Positions 63,027 through 64,000 of a DNA stretch of 64,000 nt are shown one piece after another. The notes under the pieces are model-generated. The model did not search any database, was not told the DNA's origin, and saw only the letters and a program-made list of their open reading frames with translations. The position numbers and the translations under genes were made by a program. Source of the DNA: Antedon mediterranea. Lineage: Eukaryota; Animalia; Echinodermata. The stretch covers positions 22,337,365 to 22,401,364 of the forward strand of contig NC_092678.1 in NCBI RefSeq assembly GCF_964355755.1, given 5' to 3'. The stretch's first letter is position 1, and each line of letters opens with the position of its first letter.

Positions 63027-64000
63027 TAACGCCTAAAAAAAATTGGATTAAGATTACAGCAATGACATGTTTAGATAAAAGAAATGAAAATCTTTAGATA
63101 AAAGAAAAAAAAAATAAATCTTGATATTTATTTAAAAAACATTGATGGAAGGGCAGACAACTGACAAGGACAATGTCATCTATGCCTCATGGTCTGACAG
63201 AAGTAAAGAACAATATTCTCTCCTCTATTATTACAATAATATTTGAATAATTATATAAATTAATTTACTTAAGATTGAGTTATTGATCACTCACAAAAAG
63301 CACCAGATCAATATTTTACTTATTAAAAGTTTGTCGAACCTGACAGAAAGTGTGACAGCATTGATTATCTGACACAGCATCGATAGAAGATGACAAAAAT
63401 AATTCACTAAGTGATATTAATAGTTTCTTTAGATTGTTTTGGTAATGATCTGGGATTTTTACAATATCGAGTATCGACCGGAATAAAAAAACGCTTTGTA
63501 TTTTGCTATGATCAATAACTCAATCTCATTAAAGTATTAGCCTTGGTAAAAGAATATTATATATGTCTATTTATACGTCTTTAGTGTAAAATAGTTGTAG
63601 GGCTTCTAGACCTCTAGAAAGTGTGGTACCGTGGGGGGGTCACTGTAAAATAAAAGCATATCATACAGTAATTTTAATAAAAGTATTTATTGTTATTCCT
63701 CCATGATAGAATTAGATATTAGGAATCATTTCAAAATCATTCATCTGCAGTTACTGCAGTAACTACACCTTGTCTACTCTTTAATTTTTTCATTGGATTA
63801 TTTAGCAAACTTTTTTCGTAGTAATCATACATAGGCCTACTGTACTGTTGATTGTAGCTAATTATCTTTAAAACTTCTACATTGACACAAACTAAACAAT
63901 AAAAGAAATTCGCAACTAAGTCTTTCTTTTAAAACCAAATTATTAAATTATCTCAATATTTTATTTTAAAAATAATTTTGATATTGAAAATGTGTGTAGT

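Larger units (their letters stand above)
62371..63545. repeat. ~220-bp direct repeat pair (62371-62590 and 63327-63545)
   Basis: AAGTTTGTCGAACCTG...TGTGACAGCAT...TTTGCTATGAT...CAATAACTCAATCTCAT...TATTAGCCTTG in both. Confidence 0.85.

Overview
AT-rich metazoan genomic DNA (invertebrate-like; the taxon cannot be fixed from sequence alone). It has one protein-coding gene: a 3-exon DUSP6/7/9-class (MKP-3) MAP kinase phosphatase on the + strand, CDS 24170-24569, 25267-25650, 26258-26646, 390 aa. The gene lies at the end of a ~25 kb CpG-retaining, Ets-site-rich domain. There is one intact tRNA-Thr(CGT) at 21061-21132 and a young 5'-truncated LINE at 17303-19092 (-). The rest is non-autonomous mobile DNA: two PIF/Harbinger-type MITE families, Tc1/mariner-, Kolobok- and hAT-like elements, a Helentron/HINE nested in a HINE nested in a TIR element, tRNA-derived SINE remnants and local tandem duplications. 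The most unusual signals are three. (1) A dense record of apparent DNA-transposon excision footprints of three kinds: P-element-type stubs with 7-bp TSDs, TA-CAG/CTG-TA, and TA-GGCC-TA; the last two are shown to be insertions by comparison with sister repeat copies. (2) A tRNA-headed SINE followed by a Penelope-type minimal hammerhead ribozyme. (3) A 20-bp minisatellite built from Ets sites upstream of an ERK feedback gene. All counts and alignments were done by eye.
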